Origin: a virus
Strand: one strand, 5' to 3'
Virus record (IMG/VR): IMGVR_UViG_3300050505_000421
Location: 1-26,578 of that record
Length of the DNA: 26,578 nt
The position numbers and the translations under genes were made by a program. Position 1 is the stretch's first letter; each line of letters starts with the position of its first letter. Positions 22,197 through 26,578 of the stretch are shown here, one piece after another. Below the pieces are notes generated by a model that saw only the letters and a list, made by a program, of their open reading frames with translations, was not told where the DNA came from and searched no databases.

Positions 22197-22988
22197 ATGC
22201 TCCCAGTAGTTAGCCGCGTGGTGGATCTGACACCGTCTTGGTGGGTCGAGGCCGTGAATCAACAGGACAACGCGCGTGTAGGAGCAGCACTTCTTTACCT
22301 CATCACCGCCGCCGGCCGCCACGTTGCTTGGCTTGGGCGTGTGGAGTTTCACGCGGAGGCGCTGTACGTGGAGGTCGACGACAGTGAGTCTTTCACACCA
22401 GAACGCGAGATTCAGGTCCTTTGGAAAGCGCTCGACGTGATAGGGTCTGCGAGCACCAAACACATGGGTGAAGAGAAGAAGGTCGAGTTTGGTGGCGGTG
22501 CTCCGAACACGGAAACAGCCGCCAACTTCAGCAAGGAGGAACTTACGGCAGGGCAGGCGGAACTCAACATGTACGTACGACGAGCGCTGGCAGAACGCTT
22601 CGCGCTCGTGCGAGACGCGGTAAACGGAGGCTGGCTTCTAGCCCTAGACACACCATACGGGCCCAAGTTCTCTCTTGATATGCTTCAGAAAAGCGGCGTC
22701 GCGGTTCGAAACTGGGCAACGCCCGAGGCCGCTAAGGCGGGTGCGTACCAACTAGCCGCCAACCCCGAGGTGGTTGCGGTTGTCAGGAAGATCGATGCGG
22801 CGGCGCACGACGCGCGGCTGAAAGTTGATTACCAGCGTCGGAACGCGCTGGACGCACTCGGCTTCCTCTGCGAGGAGTGGGACAACGCCGACGGCGACCA
22901 ACGGAAGGTTCTGCGAGACTTCGTCGAGTTCCACATTCGGGAATTGACTGGCGCACACACAGAAGGGAGGAGCCGTGACGGCAAGTAA
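22197..22988 (+). CDS. Hypothetical protein
   Basis: ORF track; RBS GGAGGAGG. Confidence 0.85.
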   Translation: MLPVVSRVVDLTPSWWVEAVNQQDNARVGAALLYLITAAGRHVAWLGRVEFHAEALYVEVDDSESFTPEREIQVLWKALDVIGSASTKHMGEEKKVEFGGGAPNTETAANFSKEELTAGQAELNMYVRRALAERFALVRDAVNGGWLLALDTPYGPKFSLDMLQKSGVAVRNWATPEAAKAGAYQLAANPEVVAVVRKIDAAAHDARLKVDYQRRNALDALGFLCEEWDNADGDQRKVLRDFVEFHIRELTGAHTEGRSRDGK

Positions 22989-23232
22989 CTATACACCCCG
23001 CTGCGTAGTACCGGAATGCTCGACGCTGGTCGCGGTAGAGTCGAGTGCCTGCGCGGCTCACCAAGAGAGGGCTGTGGGAATGACTTTGAAGCGCGCCCTG
23101 CAGATACTCCTCGAAGCCGCGGAAGATTCTCTTGATGAGTACGGCAATTGCGAATGTTGTGCCATCGAGCACCGCGCTCGGGTACGGGCTGCGCAAGAGG
23201 TGGCCAAGGCTTGGTTGGCAAAGGACAAATGA
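22975..23232 (+). CDS. Cys/His-rich hypothetical protein
   Basis: GTG after GGAGGAG; C-x4-C-x9-C-x2-H, CECC. Confidence 0.75.
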   Translation: MTASNYTPRCVVPECSTLVAVESSACAAHQERAVGMTLKRALQILLEAAEDSLDEYGNCECCAIEHRARVRAAQEVAKAWLAKDK

Positions 23233-23444
23233 ACTACCAAGTCGCAGGCTACGTAGTTCGGAAGCAGGACGGTTGGCTCGGCTTTGGCAATAAACGTCAC
23301 GCCGACCTCTGCGAAGCCTTGGTATTTGCCGTCCGCGAGGAAGCAGAGAGGGCGTGCAGTGCGCCCGAGGATCAAGTCAAGGCGTTCCGCAGCCTGTCTG
23401 GTTCTTTTCATCCACGCACAACGTGTGGGTTCGGAGGAGAATGA
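23229..23444 (+). CDS. Hypothetical protein
   Basis: ATG 23229 after AAGGA, ATGA-coupled. Confidence 0.7.
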   Translation: MNYQVAGYVVRKQDGWLGFGNKRHADLCEALVFAVREEAERACSAPEDQVKAFRSLSGSFHPRTTCGFGGE

Positions 23445-23728
23445 GCGAAGCCACGAAGAAGCGCCCGAGTCGTGAGGCGCTGGCCGCCGCGAGTTGCATC
23501 ATCGCCGCCGGCGCCGACAGCGTTCCGGGAGACGGAAGTTTGGCGGATCAACTGGCAACGGTGTTGTGGAAGCTCGCTGAGAAGATCGACGCAGTTGCCG
23601 AACAGCGGTATGGGCCCCTGCCTCGGTGCGGCCTGCACGTCACCCGTTTGAACGACAGCAACGACGACTGCGGTGGCCCCTGCACGCTCGAGGCCGGGCA
23701 TCTTCAAAACTGCGACGATCTGGCATGA
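23441..23728 (+). CDS. Hypothetical protein with C-terminal C..C.L..GH motif
   Basis: ATG 23441 after GGAGGAG. Confidence 0.75.
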   Translation: MSEATKKRPSREALAAASCIIAAGADSVPGDGSLADQLATVLWKLAEKIDAVAEQRYGPLPRCGLHVTRLNDSNDDCGGPCTLEAGHLQNCDDLA

Positions 23729-24138
23729 AGATGGACGCCGGCACAGTCGTCCGCGTCGAGCCCCTTCTCGCCGATCAACCGAACGGCCCGGCCATGGCGG
23801 GCCTGGATGCGTTCGAGATCCGAAACGTGCCCTTCGAGATGAAGATCTACGCAGGCCCTGATCCCGTCGTGGGAGCGTACGTCCTGCGCGTGGTTCTCCA
23901 CGTAGCCGATCGAGACGACGCGCACAGGACCGGCGTACTGAGCACGGACTACATCCCCTGGAGCGAGTCTGACACGCAGCACCTCCAGGGAGACAAAGTC
24001 GCCGAACGCCTCCACGCGTTGGTCAGGCAGGCCATCTGCCACGAGCTCGACGAGAACACTTACTTCGAGGGACAACGGCGCTGGGATCCTCATCCGGAGG
24101 GCCAGCGCCAATTCTACAGTGAGGAGGAGCCACGATGA
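23725..24138 (+). CDS. Hypothetical protein (HELDE...DPH C-terminal motif)
   Basis: ATG 23725, ATGA-coupled. Confidence 0.8.
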   Translation: MKMDAGTVVRVEPLLADQPNGPAMAGLDAFEIRNVPFEMKIYAGPDPVVGAYVLRVVLHVADRDDAHRTGVLSTDYIPWSESDTQHLQGDKVAERLHALVRQAICHELDENTYFEGQRRWDPHPEGQRQFYSEEEPR

Positions 24139-24144
24139 CTTCTT

Positions 24145-24157
24145 CCTTGTGTTTGGT
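24145..24157 (-). promoter_or_regulatory. Gene-boundary motif ACCAAACACAAGG, antisense to local genes
   Basis: Starts 6 nt after the stop at 24138. Confidence 0.75.
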
Positions 24158-24196
24158 GGCTGGGTCGGGTGAAGAAAGGGACGCGTGTCATTGAAG

Positions 24197-24562
24197 ATGA
24201 AGAACAAGAAGGCGAAGCGTCCGCTGATCGCGTTGGCGAAGCGGATTCACGAGTACGGTTTCACAGCCAGTCTCGGGAGGATTGAAGGCCCCTGTTGTTT
24301 CATTGGGCACGGACGGCAAGTGCGCAACAAGAGGCTTGCACATTGCGCGGCGGGAAACCACCAAGAGCACGATATTTGGTGTTTGGAGAATCCAAGTTGG
24401 GTGTTTGAGTCGCCCCTGACCACCATCTTGCGGGATGGGCCGCAGCCCACTGAAGCCATCGGTCCTTTGGGCGTATACGAAGAGATCAATCTTCGGCGTG
24501 TGCGGAAGGAACAGGCGATCATGCTCTGTCTCTTTGCCGACGTTGCCGAGAACGACCTGTAA
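24197..24562 (+). CDS. Hypothetical protein
   Basis: ORF track; start either GTG 24185 or ATG 24197. Confidence 0.7.
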   Translation: MKNKKAKRPLIALAKRIHEYGFTASLGRIEGPCCFIGHGRQVRNKRLAHCAAGNHQEHDIWCLENPSWVFESPLTTILRDGPQPTEAIGPLGVYEEINLRRVRKEQAIMLCLFADVAENDL

Positions 24563-24573
24563 AAGGAACACAC

Positions 24574-24690
24574 ATGAAGCGTAAGCGACAGGCTTGGAAG
24601 CGCGATCACAAGGGCCGGTGGCAGTGGCGCAAGTGCGCCGGCGCCGGTCCGTTCACGACCAAGAAGAACGGAAGGAAGGCACCGCGATGA
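24574..24690 (+). CDS. Small basic peptide (38 aa)
   Basis: Manually translated MKRKRQAWKRDHKGRWQWRKC...; RBS AAGGA; stop overlaps the next ATG. Confidence 0.65.
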   Translation: MKRKRQAWKRDHKGRWQWRKCAGAGPFTTKKNGRKAPR

Positions 24691-24974
24691 GAGAGAAGAT
24701 CGTCAAGGCGCTCCGGCACGCGTATGCGCGCGGAGCTCGGGTGGGCTCGGTGCTCGAGGTCACACAGCGCCTGGCTGGGCGGAACCACGTCGACATCGCG
24801 GATCAGGAGGCCTTCGAGGCTTGGGTCAAGGCGAACGACGTCACGAAGCTCGCCACGGAGGTCCTGCGCAAGCAGACCCTCCGTCAGGTCCTTCGCTGCT
24901 ACAAGGACCTGCCGACCAAGAACCGCAACCGCTTCGTGAAGATGTTCCAGGCCCAAGCAATGGAGAAGGCGTGA
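24687..24974 (+). CDS. Hypothetical protein
   Basis: ATG 24687 after GAAGG. Confidence 0.8.
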   Translation: MREKIVKALRHAYARGARVGSVLEVTQRLAGRNHVDIADQEAFEAWVKANDVTKLATEVLRKQTLRQVLRCYKDLPTKNRNRFVKMFQAQAMEKA

Positions 24975-25195
24975 TGACAGCTTCCAAGTGGCGTGTGTTC
25001 ATCGGCGCGCAATTCCTGGGCGGCGCGGTTGGCTCCCTGGTGCAGGACGCCTTCGGCCTTGAGCGCTGGGTCGCGCTCGTGCGCGCGAACTGGATCCCCG
25101 CGATCTACAGCGTGCCTCTGGCCGCGTTCGTGGGCATCGTCGGGCTCTTCTTTGTCCTCGTCTCCCCCGAGACCAAGCACAAGGAGGAAAAGTGA
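24974..25195 (+). CDS. Small two-TM membrane protein
   Basis: TGATG coupling; two hydrophobic segments and a charged tail. Confidence 0.75.
   Translation: MTASKWRVFIGAQFLGGAVGSLVQDAFGLERWVALVRANWIPAIYSVPLAAFVGIVGLFFVLVSPETKHKEEK
25172..25184 (+). promoter_or_regulatory. Gene-boundary motif ACCAAGCACAAGG
   Basis: Overlaps the end of the previous CDS, 7 nt upstream of GTG 25192. Confidence 0.8.
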
Positions 25196-25440
25196 CGAGC
25201 CGCTCCGGCGATGATCCACCGTTTGAGTTTGCGAACTTCACGGCGTGGTTCAAGGAACAGTTTGGTTCGGAGCCTTCGTGCCCTGCTTACGACGAGGTCC
25301 TTGCTGCAGAGGGCCACGCGCGAGCATTGCGCCTGCGCTTCGAAGCGAACCTGACTTGGCTCGCGAAGCACGACGCAGCCTTGAAGGCTGTCGTAGCGGC
25401 GCCCTCCATCTTGTCCTTGCACAAGGAGAAGACGAAGTGA
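25192..25440 (+). CDS. Hypothetical protein
   Basis: ORF track; GTGA coupling. Confidence 0.8.
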   Translation: MTSRSGDDPPFEFANFTAWFKEQFGSEPSCPAYDEVLAAEGHARALRLRFEANLTWLAKHDAALKAVVAAPSILSLHKEKTK

Positions 25441-25673
25441 ACGTACTCGAGTTGACCCGCATCGCGGTCTTTCTGGAGAAGCAGGCCGCCGTACTCCCCG
25501 AGCCCGGGGCCACCAAGGCGGCAGAGGGTGCGTTCGAAGCGTGGTGCGACGTTGCCCACATCTTCCCGGAAGGGGACGAGGGGCGCGAGATGGCGATCCA
25601 GATGGCCGCGGACCAGGCCGTGCGTATGGTGCGGCGGGTTCAGTGGGAACCTCGCAACAGGAAGGAAGAGTAG
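25437..25673 (+). CDS. Hypothetical protein
   Basis: GTG 25437 after GCACAAGGAG (partial motif). Confidence 0.75.
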   Translation: MNVLELTRIAVFLEKQAAVLPEPGATKAAEGAFEAWCDVAHIFPEGDEGREMAIQMAADQAVRMVRRVQWEPRNRKEE

Positions 25674-25674
25674 G

Positions 25675-26286
25675 ATGAACATTGAGCAGATCTCCATGGA
25701 GCCGGCGGTCGCGCTGGCAAAGATGCAGGCCTACAAGCGCGCGATGGAGAAGGCGCAGACGTCCCTGCAGTCGACGGAATACCGCGCCGTTGCTAAGGCT
25801 TACAAGGCGTTGTCCAAGGGTCGACGGATCCTTGACATCGCGGACGCGTTCAAGCGCACAGGCCTCGACCAGAACTGGTGTCCGCGCCTGGCGATGCTGC
25901 CTGCCACGGCGACGCGTTGCTACTACCCGGCGGGGCGGAGCGAGCATCAGTTCTTTCAGCTAGAACGCGGTGTGTCGACTTGGCGTCGGTCCTACGCGAA
26001 GCACCGTTGCTTCACCGTTCCCGTCGGCGCCCTTTCCTCGGGGGAGACCGCACCGGAGGCCTTCCGAAACAAGGACTTCTTCGCGCAGGTCCCAATCATC
26101 CCGGCGCCCCTGATGCCGAAGATCGCGCTCTCCAACTTCCACATTCTCTGGGAACCTGTCTGGCGTGAAGAGCCCCCTGTCGATCCGTTCCTGCTTCGGT
26201 GCCTCGGTGGCGCGCTGTACGTGGTTGAAGCTGCCTGGGATCTCACCCCGGTGGAGCGCGCCGTGATGCGTGGGAGGGTGCGGTGA
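25675..26286 (+). CDS. Conserved phage hypothetical protein (VP.IP...HILWE..W...DP.LL...WDLT.VER type)
   Basis: ATG 25675; motif recalled from phage hypotheticals. Confidence 0.85.
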   Translation: MNIEQISMEPAVALAKMQAYKRAMEKAQTSLQSTEYRAVAKAYKALSKGRRILDIADAFKRTGLDQNWCPRLAMLPATATRCYYPAGRSEHQFFQLERGVSTWRRSYAKHRCFTVPVGALSSGETAPEAFRNKDFFAQVPIIPAPLMPKIALSNFHILWEPVWREEPPVDPFLLRCLGGALYVVEAAWDLTPVERAVMRGRVR

Positions 26287-26304
26287 TCTGGCGGTGAGCG
26301 AGTC

Positions 26305-26578
26305 ATGGACATGCGTATCAACGGCGTTCCCTGCTACATCTGCGGCCGAACCACCTCCATCGAGGTAGGCGGACTGGATGTAGCCGAGGTGCAGACCGCT
26401 TGGCGCAAGGCGACCTGCTCCAGCTGCGAGCCAGGAGGTAAGATGGGAATTGCGATAAATAACGTCATTTGTCGCATTTGCTCTTGCACTTTCACGGTCC
26501 GTGCTTCTACTGGGAATGAGGCGCTTGTGGGAGCGACCCGGGGCATCTGTGAGCGTTGCATCAATCAGCCGATTCTGG
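26305..26578 (+). CDS. Double zinc-ribbon protein (3'-partial)
   Basis: Manually translated: CYIC, CSSC, CRIC, CERC; open to the window end. Confidence 0.7.
   Translation, partial: MDMRINGVPCYICGRTTSIEVGGLDVAEVQTAWRKATCSSCEPGGKMGIAINNVICRICSCTFTVRASTGNEALVGATRGICERCINQPIL

Noticed and set aside
1029-25184. 13-bp motif series as a CRISPR array or integron attC sites
   Set aside because: Too short, irregularly spaced by whole genes, non-palindromic, without RYYYAAC/GTTRRRY ends, and no cas or intI gene is seen.
24974-25195. Holin call for the two-TM protein
   Set aside because: No adjacent endolysin or spanin; hydrophobicity alone is insufficient.
17949-26564. Long minus-strand ORFs in the right arm (e.g. 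17949-19130, 21125-21976, 25105-25947)
   Set aside because: Antisense shadows of well-supported plus-strand genes such as the RNA ligase and the phosphoesterase.

Overview
GC-rich phage-like region, with no capsid, terminase or integrase genes recognised in this window. It is organised as two divergent arms around a lower-GC, ~700-bp non-coding control region (~17210-17985). The left arm (minus strand, 1-17206) is a tightly packed array of ~45 small, mostly hypothetical early-type genes. It includes a RadC/JAB protein, many CxxC zinc-ribbon proteins, two paralogous Ala/Ser/Trp-repeat proteins, a lipoprotein-like protein, an apparently catalytically dead trypsin-fold protein, tRNA-Gln(UUG) and tRNA-Leu(CAA). 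The right arm (plus strand, 17988-end) begins with a T4 Rnl2-type RNA ligase and includes a calcineurin-like metallophosphoesterase plus hypothetical genes. Two non-coding signals stand out. The first is a 13-bp asymmetric motif (HCCAAVCACAAGG) present 16 times at gene boundaries, three of them antisense. The second is a pair of ~75-nt elements that fold into the same three-way junction plus pseudoknot with several compensatory base changes. All calls were made by eye from the sequence and the ORF track; no database search was run. The host is not determinable; high GC plus sigma54-like sites would fit a Myxococcota/deltaproteobacterial host (inference).
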